DNA of 64,000 nt from an uncultured bacterium (GTDB taxonomy: Bacteria; UBP4; UBA4092): positions 1 through 64,000 of the forward strand of contig CAZXWN010000003.1 in assembly GCA_964644695.1 (NCBI GenBank), given 5' to 3'. The translations under genes and the position numbers were made by a program. The notes beneath the pieces are model-generated. The model saw only the letters and a list, made by a program, of their open reading frames with translations, had not been told where the DNA came from and made no database searches. The first letter of the stretch is position 1. Every line of letters starts with the position of its first letter. Shown here in pieces: positions 1-11,031 of the stretch.

Positions 1-15
1 TTTGTCCCTTGTCGC

Positions 16-62
16 AACGAACCATTTACGGAGCTGCTCCGAGCTAGTCCGTGGATGATTTG
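16..62. repeat. Intergenic palindromic repeat (REP-like), copy 1
   Basis: aacgaaccatttacggagctgctccgagctagtccgtggatgatttg; similar to five other intergenic copies. Confidence 0.8.
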
Positions 63-318
63 CCCTCTTTTTACACCTAGTTACCATCTAATCTATTGAT
101 TATCAGTAAAATGTATATTTTTGGTGGAAATTTGCTTCGCTTTTTGGTTGGTTAAAACTTGCAGCAGAGCTAGCGGTAAACACGATGATATAAGTAAGTA
201 TTTTTGATATATCTTTGAGTGTAAACGGTTGTTTCGCAAGAAACGAAGTGTCTCTCGTAGAGACGGTTAAGGAATTTAGTGTCAGGTGCATAGATAAAAT
301 TGTCAATTACCTTGAAAT

Positions 319-3300
319 GTGTTACAAAATAAGACAGGGTCAGGAAAGAATGCTTTTCGCAATATGTCAGATGAAGGAGAATGCCGCATCAACAACGGCA
401 ATAGTCCATTGAAACATCGGGTTATTACATTACAACAACGAATTACCTATTTAATGATTGGATTGCTCGTCTTTTTCGGTCTGGGTGTTGTATTGGTCTA
501 TTTTACTGAGCATCAACGGACCCAAGTTGTTTTAACTAACCAGATGGATAAGAGTCGGACTGATTTTGTTAATTATTTACAGTTGTTGAACAGTAAAATT
601 GAGACCCATGTAGATTTTGAATACACCCTCTGGGATTCCATGGTGAAATTTACGCTTAACCCAGACCGTAAATGGGGACAAATCAATTTTATCCCGGCGA
701 TGGAACAATACAATATTGGTGAAGTCAATGTCCTGAATGCAAAAAAACAGTTAATTTTCCAAATCAACCAGGACAAGGAAATTGTAAACAATCCATATTT
801 TGTGTTGCCACAAACTGAATTAGAGAAAATCCTTACCCAAAAACCAGACAGATTCAGATTTTACATATATCGTGAGGGAATCTTATGGGAATATCGGGGT
901 TCTTCCATTCACCCTGAAAGTGATTCTGCAAGAAAACAGCCTCCTTCAGGATGGTACATTGTCGGGACCCCGTGGAATCGTAAATTTCTTGACTCAGTAG
1001 CGCATAGTACTCGAAGTGATGTTTGGCTTGATTCAACTTATCCAGGCTTTGAAATGAAAGTGGACTCTGTTCGCAGGAAAATGTCATACTCGGTTCCCTT
1101 GCCGGGATGGGATGACCAACCTGTTGCCTGGATTTATGTGGAGAATTCCATTGAGTGGTTGAAAGCATATCAGAGATTTTCCGAATACTTGATAATCATT
1201 ATTTTGATAGCCTCGGGATTAAGCGGATTGGTACTCAGTCTATTCCTGGGAAAATATATACGGGTTCCTCTCTGGAGAATCACCCAGGGATTAAAAGAAC
1301 AGAGTTCCGATATCATTCAACCTTTGATAAATGACCAGACAGAATTCGGTCGAATTGCACATCTGGTCGATGACTTTTTCAGACAAAAGGCGGAACTCAA
1401 GGAAAACACCCGCTTTCGTGATGCTTTATTAGGAAATCTTCCCGGGATGGTGTTTCGATGTGAGAATCAACCCGATTGGCCCATGAGTTATGTCAGTGAA
1501 GGGATTCGAAACCTGCTGGGACTATCTCCTGAAGAATTTTTGGCAGAACATCGCGATTATAGCCGTTTTATTCATCCAGAGGATCGAGAACGTGTTTGGA
1601 AAGAGATTCAGGGGGGATTGGATGAATCTGGACGTTATGAAATCCATTACCGAATTATTACGATTGATGGGGAAGTGAAGCATGTCTGGGAGCGTGGACG
1701 AGTCGTAGAACTCTGTGAAGAAAACGCCATTTGCCTGGAGGGTTTTATTACGGATGTTACCCAGTCGGCTTTGGTCCATGAGAAATTACTGGAACAGTTA
1801 AACCAGATGCAATTGCTTAATGAACTTTATGACCGGATGTCAGGTTTTGGAAAACTGAATGATGTGATCTCCCGGATGGAAACTCTCTTAACCGAATATT
1901 TACCAATTGACCGGGCAGGTGTCAGCGTTTATGACAAAGAATGGAACCGGTTGGTAAGTCATCAATATTTGGGGGAAAGAAGTGAGTCTGTTTTAAAAAC
2001 ATTTTCTCAGGAAATTGGATACAGCATATCGGGTGCGGCTTTTGAAAAAGGTGTGACGATTCATATCCCCGATACTCGCCTGTCAGACATTATTCCTGCG
2101 GAGATTTTAGAAAAAGTTCCCATAAAATCCAGTTTAGCCACCCCCATTATTCATCAGGGTGAGAAATTTGGTGTACTCCGGGTTGATCGTTTACAGGAAT
2201 ACCGGGGGTTCACTACCAGTGAACAAGAATTCATGCGGTTGTTGGCTGATGAGTTGGGGATTCTTATTCGATACAATCGGATGTTGTCGGAATTGAAGGA
2301 ATCCGAAGAGCGGTTACGGCAGAGTGAATCTCTTTATCGAGAAGCAATTGGGCAGGCTGCGGCTATCCCTTACCAGAAGGATTATATAAATAATACTTTT
2401 ACCTATCTGGGAGATGGGATTGAAAAGCTGACAGGATACAAACCTCGTGAAATGACACCGGAATTGTTCCTGTCCCTGATTATTAAAGCTATCCCTCGAG
2501 GGGCGATGGCAAACCTCACGACAGAGGAAGCAGCCCAATCCTGTCGTGAGGGACGACTGCGGCAATGGCAGTCAGATGTTCTGATTCAGGACCGTTATGG
2601 TCAACAAAAATGGGTGTCTGACATCTCAATTCAGATCAAAGATAATCATAATAAGGTGATAGGTTCCCTCGGAATATTGCAGGAAATCACGGAACGAATG
2701 AACCGTGAGAATCAATTGAGGCAACTCTCTGCTGCAGTCGAACAAAATCCGACGGCCTTGGTGATTTTGGATACAGAAGGCCGGGTTGAGTATGCGAATC
2801 CTCTCTATCTGAAACAGACAGGATACAGTGAAGAAGAAGTGCTGGGCCGGTTGCCCAGTTCTCTGTCTCCCCGGTTGGATCAGTTGGATACCACAGTTAT
2901 TACCTGGGAGGCTATTAGTGAGTTGGAATCATGGCAGGACGAGAGAGTTTCTATTAAGAAAAACGGTCAGGAGTACTGGGAGAAATTAAGCTTATCCAGT
3001 ATCAAGGAGACCGATGGTCAGATTAAGCATTATTTATTGATTTGCGAGGATATTTCTCAGCAGAAACGGGCCGAGCGTGGACGAGAAGCTATATCCAAAT
3101 TGGCGCAAGAGCTGGTCATGGCGGTTACGTTGGAAGATGTCGCCCATGCTACCTTGCAAACGCTGGACCAATTCATAGGCTGGGATGCCAGCTTTATATT
3201 TTTTGATTCGAAACCAGACTATGTCTTGGTTTCTTATGATCAGATTAATGGACAGAGGGTGGACTGCAGTGAGCAGGCTCGAGTAGATGTTAGTGATTTT

Positions 3301-4689
3301 GATTTTTCACATCTGCATGATGGCAGCCAAATCATTAATAGAGACCCTAGTGATAGAGTGAATAAATCCCTAATAAATACCTTTGGGGACGTGGAGCGCC
3401 GGTCAGCGTCATTGATTTTTGTGCCCATCTTTAGAAATAAGGATTTGGTTGGGGTTATCTCCATTCAAAGTTACCGATATTTTGCTTACACCAACGATGA
3501 ACTACGGATAGTGGAATCATTGTCTGACTTATGTGCAGGGGCCTTGGAACGTGCCAATACCCGTCAAGAATTGATTCTGCGTGAAAAGGAATTGTCTTGC
3601 CAGTTGGAAAATATTTCCAGCCTGCGAAAAATAGACGGTGCAATTCTTGGAAGCCTTGACCTGAAATCAAATCTGGATATTGTCTTAGACCAGGTCATTA
3701 ATAGAGTGGGTGTTGAGTCCACAGCCTTATATCTCTATGATTCGAAACAAGACACCCTTCGATATGTTTCAAGTAGAGGTCTTGACCAGGCTCCTCTTGA
3801 TGGAGAAGCAATTGTTTTAAAAGAAGATGTGGCAATGGCGGTCATTCGGCACAAGAAAAAAGTGTATATCAACAACCTAAGGGAAGTCAGCATTGAAGCG
3901 ACACCTCGCGTTAATTGGATGTACAAAGAAAATGTGGTTACCTACATGGGTATTCCGCTTGTGATTAAAGGTGTCGTGAAAGGCATTTTGGAAATATATC
4001 ACCGGTCACCCATAATACTCAGTGAAGAGAATCGGTCCTTCCTGGAAACTCTGGCGGGTCAGGCGGCGATTGCCGTTGATAATGCGACCCTTTTTGATAA
4101 GCTCCAGAAGTCAAACAATGAGTTAACGCTTGCCTATGACCAGACTCTTGAGGGCTGGGCACAAGCGTTGGACCTCCGTGATAAGGAAACCGAAGGACAT
4201 ACCGTCCGAGTAACAGAACTTACGGTTACTTTGGCGAAGGTCTTTGGCTTTACGGAGCCGGAACTGACTTACATTCGCTGGGGAACCATGTTGCATGATA
4301 TTGGCAAAATGGGAGTTCCCGACCGGATATTAAATAAGCCCGGACCGTTGGATGACGAAGAATGGAAGGAAATGAAACGTCATCCGGAATATGCTATCAA
4401 GGCATTGTCTTCCATAGAATATTTACATCCGGCCCTGGACATTCCCGGAAGCCATCATGAACGGTGGAACGGGAGTGGTTATCCCAAGGGGCTTAAGGGT
4501 GAAGAAATACCACTCACAGCCCGAATATTTATGGTCGTGGATGTATGGGACGCACTTCGTTCGGACCGTCCTTATCGTAAAGGCTGGAGTGATGATAAAG
4601 TCATCGCTTATATTCAGGAGAATGCTGGAATCCTGTTCGATCCAAAAGTGGTGGATGCGTTCTTGAAACTCGATTTAAGCAGTCAATAG
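319..4689 (+). CDS. Membrane-anchored HD-GYP cyclic-dinucleotide phosphodiesterase with CHASE4-like, PAS and GAF domains
   Basis: Two TM segments flanking a periplasmic region; PAS motifs (IHPEDRERV); GAF-like regions; C-terminal LHDIGK and HHERWNGSGYP motifs. Start codon uncertain. Confidence 0.9.
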   Translation: MLQNKTGSGKNAFRNMSDEGECRINNGNSPLKHRVITLQQRITYLMIGLLVFFGLGVVLVYFTEHQRTQVVLTNQMDKSRTDFVNYLQLLNSKIETHVDFEYTLWDSMVKFTLNPDRKWGQINFIPAMEQYNIGEVNVLNAKKQLIFQINQDKEIVNNPYFVLPQTELEKILTQKPDRFRFYIYREGILWEYRGSSIHPESDSARKQPPSGWYIVGTPWNRKFLDSVAHSTRSDVWLDSTYPGFEMKVDSVRRKMSYSVPLPGWDDQPVAWIYVENSIEWLKAYQRFSEYLIIIILIASGLSGLVLSLFLGKYIRVPLWRITQGLKEQSSDIIQPLINDQTEFGRIAHLVDDFFRQKAELKENTRFRDALLGNLPGMVFRCENQPDWPMSYVSEGIRNLLGLSPEEFLAEHRDYSRFIHPEDRERVWKEIQGGLDESGRYEIHYRIITIDGEVKHVWERGRVVELCEENAICLEGFITDVTQSALVHEKLLEQLNQMQLLNELYDRMSGFGKLNDVISRMETLLTEYLPIDRAGVSVYDKEWNRLVSHQYLGERSESVLKTFSQEIGYSISGAAFEKGVTIHIPDTRLSDIIPAEILEKVPIKSSLATPIIHQGEKFGVLRVDRLQEYRGFTTSEQEFMRLLADELGILIRYNRMLSELKESEERLRQSESLYREAIGQAAAIPYQKDYINNTFTYLGDGIEKLTGYKPREMTPELFLSLIIKAIPRGAMANLTTEEAAQSCREGRLRQWQSDVLIQDRYGQQKWVSDISIQIKDNHNKVIGSLGILQEITERMNRENQLRQLSAAVEQNPTALVILDTEGRVEYANPLYLKQTGYSEEEVLGRLPSSLSPRLDQLDTTVITWEAISELESWQDERVSIKKNGQEYWEKLSLSSIKETDGQIKHYLLICEDISQQKRAERGREAISKLAQELVMAVTLEDVAHATLQTLDQFIGWDASFIFFDSKPDYVLVSYDQINGQRVDCSEQARVDVSDFDFSHLHDGSQIINRDPSDRVNKSLINTFGDVERRSASLIFVPIFRNKDLVGVISIQSYRYFAYTNDELRIVESLSDLCAGALERANTRQELILREKELSCQLENISSLRKIDGAILGSLDLKSNLDIVLDQVINRVGVESTALYLYDSKQDTLRYVSSRGLDQAPLDGEAIVLKEDVAMAVIRHKKKVYINNLREVSIEATPRVNWMYKENVVTYMGIPLVIKGVVKGILEIYHRSPIILSEENRSFLETLAGQAAIAVDNATLFDKLQKSNNELTLAYDQTLEGWAQALDLRDKETEGHTVRVTELTVTLAKVFGFTEPELTYIRWGTMLHDIGKMGVPDRILNKPGPLDDEEWKEMKRHPEYAIKALSSIEYLHPALDIPGSHHERWNGSGYPKGLKGEEIPLTARIFMVVDVWDALRSDRPYRKGWSDDKVIAYIQENAGILFDPKVVDAFLKLDLSSQ

Positions 4690-4699
4690 TTTTGGAGCA

Positions 4700-6985
4700 T
4701 TACGGGATGGGATTTGGCAGGGGAATGAGTGCGACATAGCGGGGATCCGCACTGGCGCCTCCTGTGAATTCCATCCACTGCGATTCAACGACGGGGGGCA
4801 ACTGACTCTTTATTGTATGGACATTGCCCTTGTGATTTTCCAGCCATTGAACAAATTCCATGTGTTTATTCCACAGCTCCCCATTCCATTCGGCGCCATA
4901 GATACCCTGATTCTGAAAATGTCGGGAGTAATCCGGAAGATAAAGAGATAGTTCATGGGGGTTGTATAGAATATGAGTGACACCCAGTTCTGAGAGGCGT
5001 TGAAACACCTCCGAAAGATTCTGGCTGTGATTCAGGACATGAATTAATACGGGAGTGTCGAAATAGTCCGCCACATAGTATTGGCCTTTGAGATACATGG
5101 GACGATATTCCCCGACACACAGGACGGCAGTCTGATTTGATTTGGAATGAGCAGCGACCTGATTCCATTCCTCGAACGCAGGGAATACGGGGAGTTTCTG
5201 TTCCAGATAACGGGAGTCATTAACGCGCCCTGCCAGATAAGGCAACGGGTTATGGAGCGCCAGCGTTGTTTGTCCCATCCAGAGCAAATTGTAAGCAATC
5301 AATATTCCTGCCAGAACCATTATCCACCCGTTACGAAGGGCTGTCAGAATCCGGGTATAAAGAATGGTTATCAGGGGAAGGATGGGAAGTAAGAACCGGT
5401 TGTCCCGATAACTCTGAGTCCAGGTCAGGTAATACCATCCTGCCACAACAAATACCCAAAAATCCGGAGTGTGTATCCATTCTCTCCAAGTCCGCCGATG
5501 CACCCACAACAGTCCCAAACCTGCCGGAAAGAAAATCAGCCAAAAGGGTGATATTTGCCAGTCCCCGAAATTATCCGGAAGGAAGGCACGCAGGCCGGTG
5601 ACTGGATACAACACTGAATTATTCCGGACCTCTCTCAGGGCATAAGCAGGAGGATTCAGGCTGGCCTTCACTGGAATCCATACCATATCAACGACTCGGT
5701 CCAGAATGGATAACTTTTGAATATCTGCCAGCCCACCTTTTGATTGCGCATGGTGCATATAGAACTCGGCATTCACCTGACTCCACATATCGCCGCCGAA
5801 AGTTCCATAAGCCATCGGATAAACGGGATTGCCTGTCAGGACATAATTCCGAATCATGAAGGGACTGGAAGTCAGAATCCCCAGGAGTAAAGCCAGTACA
5901 GACATCTGAACTAATCGGGGCCGTTTGATTCCACGACGGCATAACCACACACCCAGAACACAAATAAAAGGAACCACCGTCAGCATGGAGTATTTCATGG
6001 AGACCAAACTCCCGCCAATGACAGCCAAAGCCGCCAGTAACTTGAATCTACCAGCGACATCCGGGCAATCTGAGACGGCTAAATCCCGTATTCTTAACAG
6101 CAGATAGACCATCAGGACAAAATAGAAAGTCAGAGTCATTTCCACAAAAGCCCAGCCGGACAATATGGCGACAAAGGGTACGGATACCAGTAATATTTGT
6201 GCCAGTCGGGGATTGTGTTCTGGCCACCAACGCTTAACTATCTGCCCCATTAAAGACAGGGTGAGAATCAAATGTAACCAGTGAATCAGTTTGGACCCGA
6301 TGTCTACTGTGGTTGGATAAATCGTCGTAAGAACATTCAGCATTTCCACCAGGGCTGGAAACCGGAAAAAACTGTTCCAGGGATAATCGAAATATCCACC
6401 CTGTTGATGAATAAGACTGGGGAGAGCGGAATGATATCTTAAGGCATCTGATTCCGTGACAGGACTCAAGGCGATTGCCAGTGAGACCAACACCGGTATC
6501 CCGACAATCCAGAATAGCCCGCTTCTAAGATTTGATGCCCACCATGACTTTGTCAGGAAGGAAGGCTTGTTGGATCGAGTCAGCAGCCAGACCCATAACA
6601 ATCCACCGACAACCAGGATGATGAGCCATATCCATCTTCGGGATAAACCGAGGAGACTGACTCCCATAACGACCCAGGCTGAGGCGAGTAATCCCAGTCC
6701 CAGTGATAACTCTGGGGCTTCTTTCTCAAGGCCCAAAAACCGGCTGATGAAGTGTCCCATCACTGAAGCTCTTGCGACAGTGAGTGCCAATATCCCTAAC
6801 CCCGTCAAAATCACCAACCCATTTTGAACTAACCACGAACCCGGGACCAGGTTGAACCGGGTAATGACCGCGGGATACAGGGAATAATGCGGAAAGTACT
6901 GTGACATTAAAAGGCAAGCCCACAGTCCCAAAACGGCGGTGATGATTATTTGTATCCTGCTGATTTTTATAGATTCCAGGTTCAT
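4700..6985 (-). CDS. Polytopic membrane protein, probable GT-C fold glycosyltransferase (ArnT/PMT-like)
   Basis: Many TM helices; DALRYH loop, FPALVE, KYS, RNYVLTGNPVYP and RFLLP motifs typical of this family. Confidence 0.65.
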   Translation of the reverse strand: MNLESIKISRIQIIITAVLGLWACLLMSQYFPHYSLYPAVITRFNLVPGSWLVQNGLVILTGLGILALTVARASVMGHFISRFLGLEKEAPELSLGLGLLASAWVVMGVSLLGLSRRWIWLIILVVGGLLWVWLLTRSNKPSFLTKSWWASNLRSGLFWIVGIPVLVSLAIALSPVTESDALRYHSALPSLIHQQGGYFDYPWNSFFRFPALVEMLNVLTTIYPTTVDIGSKLIHWLHLILTLSLMGQIVKRWWPEHNPRLAQILLVSVPFVAILSGWAFVEMTLTFYFVLMVYLLLRIRDLAVSDCPDVAGRFKLLAALAVIGGSLVSMKYSMLTVVPFICVLGVWLCRRGIKRPRLVQMSVLALLLGILTSSPFMIRNYVLTGNPVYPMAYGTFGGDMWSQVNAEFYMHHAQSKGGLADIQKLSILDRVVDMVWIPVKASLNPPAYALREVRNNSVLYPVTGLRAFLPDNFGDWQISPFWLIFFPAGLGLLWVHRRTWREWIHTPDFWVFVVAGWYYLTWTQSYRDNRFLLPILPLITILYTRILTALRNGWIMVLAGILIAYNLLWMGQTTLALHNPLPYLAGRVNDSRYLEQKLPVFPAFEEWNQVAAHSKSNQTAVLCVGEYRPMYLKGQYYVADYFDTPVLIHVLNHSQNLSEVFQRLSELGVTHILYNPHELSLYLPDYSRHFQNQGIYGAEWNGELWNKHMEFVQWLENHKGNVHTIKSQLPPVVESQWMEFTGGASADPRYVALIPLPNPIP

Positions 6986-7181
6986 GTTGGGTCCGGTCAA
7001 TTTTGATGGTTTGTTTTACTTTTTTACCATATTTAGAGGTTCTCCGGTGAATTAATCTTTACAAATCCTGTCTTTGGTTTAGATTCTATGAGGAATCTCT
7101 TTCAGATAGGGTAAAATGATAGGCGTTATCTCTCTGTCGGGAGATAGGTATTTTATTATTTTTTATGAGGAGATGGATATT

Positions 7182-10073
7182 ATGAATTGGAAATTATGGG
7201 TGGCGGCTGCGTGCTTGTTGCCAACCCTGGCGGTGTCGCAGTCGAAACAAGCCACCCCCAGGCTGACAGAGTCGATAGGTGACCTGAAATTCTCCTATAT
7301 GCCAAATGATGGGGCAAACCTGTCAGCACATGGTGTAACCTTCCTGAAGGGCTTTAATTTATGGATAGTTCGTCCCGGCTGGTCCGGTCCGATTTATAAC
7401 TATACGTTAGATACTGCCTTTTTTGATCAGGTCAGAATCGAACGGGACCCCGATAAAATCATCTTGATATTCATGTATAAAAAAGAATTTGGTCCGGGGA
7501 AGACCCTAATCGGCCGTGAAATCCATACTCTCCAGAAAGATAATATCTATCATGTGGATGTCGCCTTTAATTACTCGAATCCCTCACAAGATGCCACCTT
7601 TGAACTGACGATGGGTGAAATCCCAATGGTCCCGTTTTTTGGATATCCCCTGCGCGCCAACACCGAAAAAGGATATGCTGTCGATACCGTTCCCTATTCT
7701 CCCCGGTCCAAAGATATTGCCACCTTTGAAGAATGTATGCTGGTGAATAATTTCAATACTTTGGATATGGATTCGAAACTGGGAACTGTTACCTTCAAAT
7801 CCCGGGACTTTGATAAATTCATATTGATGGATTATCGGAAGGCCCGCTGGTCCATGAACAACAATCCTATCTTCTGGATGGGCAGGTTAGGGGATGATGT
7901 GGCACAGAGCTCCACCTATCATTTCTCGATGTCTGTACAATTCCCCAAAGAGATGAAGTTTGCCACCGCGGCAGGAAATATTACAAAGGAAATCCATTCT
8001 GTTGTGACAGACAATGCCTATGAGCCAAACTATACTCCGACCTACATTACCCCACAGCCGAAATCTTTGGTCTGGGGAAAAGGCACTATGCCCCTGTATT
8101 CCGGGACCAAAATTTATGTCGGTAAGAAGGCCTCCAGGAAAATCGTAAAGGCTGTGGAAGACTGGACTACGGAATTGAAATTTGTTTATGGGATGAATCC
8201 TAAAATCCTGAAACAGGACTGGAAACCCGGTCGTGATGCAGGTTCCGTGATTGTGTTGGGATATGAAGGATGTAATGATTCCGCGCTGAAGGAACTGAAA
8301 GCCCAGACGGGAGAACTTCCGAGTCATTCCGAAGGATATAGCCTGCAGGCAGGTGAGACCCGGGTATTGGTTGGGGCGAAGACAGAGCAGGGTGCTTTTT
8401 ATGGATTACAGAGCCTGAAACAGATGGTCGGATACGGTCCAACTCGGGTGTTCCTGAAATCCGGGACAGTCAAAGATTATCCCACCCTCGGAATGAGAGC
8501 TATTCACTGGTATCCCGGAATGAATAAGGGTGACCAACAGGCAAAGGGTGTAAAAGAATTGATTGCCCGTTGGAAATCCAACAATCTCATGTGGAACTGT
8601 GAAGCTCTTCATTGGGACCGGCATCCCGAACTCCATAACAATGTCTATGGGATGAGTATGTCCGATGCTAAAAAAGTGGTTCAAACCGCCAAGGATAATT
8701 ATTTAGAGATGATACCTGTTATTTGCGCTCTGGGTCATACGGATTATATGTTCAACAATGGACAGAATACGGACCTCCTGGAATCGACTACCAACCGGGA
8801 AGTTTACTGTATGATGAAACCCAAGGCCTATGAACTGATGCTGGACATCTATGATGAAGCCATCCAGCTGATGAAACCCAAATATTTCAACTGTGCCGTC
8901 AGTGAAGTAAACCTGGATGGACAGACAGTATGCTCTCATCTTCCTCAGCCGAAAACGAATTTGGAACTGTGTGTGGATGAATTGAACCGTCTGGCTGTCT
9001 GGCTCAAAGCGAGAAATATCACCCCCATGACCTGGGCGGATATGTACCTCTATAACGATGAAGGGCCGGATGCCTGTAATGCCAAGACTCGTGAAGCCGC
9101 TATCTGGGCAAGAGAACATATTGATAAATCGTATGTGATGGCGGACTGGCACTATGCACCGGCGCCCATCAATGAATACAAATCCTTCACCATCTTTAAG
9201 GAAGCAGGATTCAAGGATGTTTTACCGTGCTCCTGGTACATGCCCTATGATGTCAGAAATCTGGCACTGGCAGCCATCAGCACCAAATCGCTTGGCCATG
9301 TCCAGACCACATGGGCCGGCCGTGATATGAATCTGGACAGTGAAGAAGCTGCATATCAATACTGGTGCTACATTCTGGCCTCTCATTACACCTGGTCCGG
9401 AGATGTTTCCCCCGTTGAAGACCTGCCTTTTGACCCGGCTCAAATCTTCTTTGATACCTGGAAGAGAAAACCTGTTTATCTGGGCGATAAACCCGGCCGG
9501 TTATTTGATTTAACGCCACTGTATAACCGCAGCCTTGCTGATGACAACAAAGGTACTGGATTTATGGGAATGGGGCCAACCCTTGACCTTCGGGACTTTC
9601 CTCAGAGAAATTGGTCTTATAACAATACAATGATCAAAGTCACTCCTACAGATGGTCGTAAGGAAGGGGCTGTTGTATTGGCAGGCCGCATGAATCCAAA
9701 GGGAACCTATCCCACCTCGGTTACTATTCCGGTCCCCAACGATACGGCGACAGAATTGCATTTCCTGTTGACTGCAGGATTCCGGGAATTGGATGGCGCC
9801 AAAGTCGGAAGTGTGATTGTTCAATATGCCGATGGAACCCAGTTTGTTGAACCGTTGATTTATAACAAAAACATCTGGAGTTTTACTGATACCCGGGTGG
9901 CTCCTGGAATCAGAGTGGCTTGGAAGTCCAAAACTCCGTCAGGTGAGAATGCCAGCGTGAAACACTGGGTCTGGACTAATCCGAATCCTTCTAAACCCAT
10001 AACTTCTGTTGTATTGACTTCGGACAACACGATGGCGTGCCCGATTCTTCTCGGCATGACCGCCATGAAATAA
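7182..10073 (+). CDS. Secreted GH20-like (beta-N-acetylhexosaminidase fold) multidomain protein
   Basis: Signal peptide; ITPQPKS, EGYSL, GAFYGLQSLKQ, DYPTLGMRAIH, LGH, WADM and DWHY motifs; ATG 7182 follows GAGGAG. Confidence 0.75.
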   Translation: MNWKLWVAAACLLPTLAVSQSKQATPRLTESIGDLKFSYMPNDGANLSAHGVTFLKGFNLWIVRPGWSGPIYNYTLDTAFFDQVRIERDPDKIILIFMYKKEFGPGKTLIGREIHTLQKDNIYHVDVAFNYSNPSQDATFELTMGEIPMVPFFGYPLRANTEKGYAVDTVPYSPRSKDIATFEECMLVNNFNTLDMDSKLGTVTFKSRDFDKFILMDYRKARWSMNNNPIFWMGRLGDDVAQSSTYHFSMSVQFPKEMKFATAAGNITKEIHSVVTDNAYEPNYTPTYITPQPKSLVWGKGTMPLYSGTKIYVGKKASRKIVKAVEDWTTELKFVYGMNPKILKQDWKPGRDAGSVIVLGYEGCNDSALKELKAQTGELPSHSEGYSLQAGETRVLVGAKTEQGAFYGLQSLKQMVGYGPTRVFLKSGTVKDYPTLGMRAIHWYPGMNKGDQQAKGVKELIARWKSNNLMWNCEALHWDRHPELHNNVYGMSMSDAKKVVQTAKDNYLEMIPVICALGHTDYMFNNGQNTDLLESTTNREVYCMMKPKAYELMLDIYDEAIQLMKPKYFNCAVSEVNLDGQTVCSHLPQPKTNLELCVDELNRLAVWLKARNITPMTWADMYLYNDEGPDACNAKTREAAIWAREHIDKSYVMADWHYAPAPINEYKSFTIFKEAGFKDVLPCSWYMPYDVRNLALAAISTKSLGHVQTTWAGRDMNLDSEEAAYQYWCYILASHYTWSGDVSPVEDLPFDPAQIFFDTWKRKPVYLGDKPGRLFDLTPLYNRSLADDNKGTGFMGMGPTLDLRDFPQRNWSYNNTMIKVTPTDGRKEGAVVLAGRMNPKGTYPTSVTIPVPNDTATELHFLLTAGFRELDGAKVGSVIVQYADGTQFVEPLIYNKNIWSFTDTRVAPGIRVAWKSKTPSGENASVKHWVWTNPNPSKPITSVVLTSDNTMACPILLGMTAMK

Positions 10074-10094
10074 TCTAACGACTTAGAAATCAAC

Positions 10095-10128
10095 GGGCTG
10101 ATGTCTTTATGGCATCAGCCCATTTTTT
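10095..10128 (+). terminator. Intrinsic terminator
   Basis: gggctgatg...catcagccc stem followed by a T run. Confidence 0.75.
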
Positions 10129-10150
10129 ATGCAGGTTATCCTGTTTTATG

Positions 10151-10209
10151 ACGAATCATCCACGGAGCAGCTCCGAGCAAGTCCGTACCCGGTTCGTTTC
10201 TGCTTCGTT
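10151..10209. repeat. Intergenic palindromic repeat, copy 2
   Basis: acgaatcatccacggagcagctccgagcaagtccgtacccggttcgtttctgcttcgtt. Confidence 0.8.
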
Positions 10210-10258
10210 CCAAATGGGTAGAAAATATGGTTAATGATTAGAATCTGGAAAGTAATAT

Positions 10259-10294
10259 AAAAAAACTGGAGAGAAGACGAATCTTCTCTCCAGT
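10259..10294 (-). terminator. Intrinsic terminator of purB-purC
   Basis: A run then actggagagaaga...tcttctctccagt stem. Confidence 0.75.
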
Positions 10295-10320
10295 GTGTTG
10301 GGTCGAATTATCTGTTTATG

Positions 10321-11031
10321 TTATTTGGAAACGCGTTTCAGGATTTCCTGATAAGCCTCTTCGACATTCCCAAGGTCCCGACGGAAACGGTCTTTATCGA
10401 GTTTTTCCCGGGTCACGGCATCCCAGAACCGGCAAGTATCCGGGGAGATTTCATCACCGAGGATGACTTCACCTTTATGGACACCGAATTCCAGTTTAAA
10501 ATCAACCAGTAACAGGCCTTTTTCAGCAAAGAATTTCTTCAGAATCTCATTGATTTTGAAGGAGTATTTATCCACCAGTGCCATCTGTTCTTCGGTGGCC
10601 AGATTCATGGCCAGTGCATGATATTTATTGATTTGGGGGTCATGCAGGCTGTCATTTTTATAGCAATATTCCAAAATCGGATGGGGAAGGTCCTGACCTT
10701 CGGGGATACCCAGCCGTGCGGTAAGACTGCCGGCGGCAATATTCCGAACGATGACTTCCAACGGAAGAATCTGGAGCTTCTTTACCAGCATATCCCGGTC
10801 AGACAACATTTTGACAAAATGGTTGGGGATACCCTGTTCTGCCAGCATCGTGAATAAGGCAGATGAGATTTTGTTATTACATACTCCCTTATCGCCGATA
10901 GTGCCTTTTTTCTTGCCATCGAAAGCTGTGGCATCATCTTTGAAATGCTGAATGAATAAATCAGGATTGTCTGTTTCATAGACAATTTTGGCCTTGCCTT
11001 CGTACAGTTTATTTCCTTGTTTTGCTTCCAT
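10321..11031 (-). CDS. purC: Phosphoribosylaminoimidazole-succinocarboxamide synthase
   Basis: LYEGKAK, FKDDATAFDG, DFKLEFG, DEISPDTCRFWD and LDKDRFRRDLG motifs; start overlaps the purB end. Confidence 0.97.
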   Translation of the reverse strand: MEAKQGNKLYEGKAKIVYETDNPDLFIQHFKDDATAFDGKKKGTIGDKGVCNNKISSALFTMLAEQGIPNHFVKMLSDRDMLVKKLQILPLEVIVRNIAAGSLTARLGIPEGQDLPHPILEYCYKNDSLHDPQINKYHALAMNLATEEQMALVDKYSFKINEILKKFFAEKGLLLVDFKLEFGVHKGEVILGDEISPDTCRFWDAVTREKLDKDRFRRDLGNVEEAYQEILKRVSK

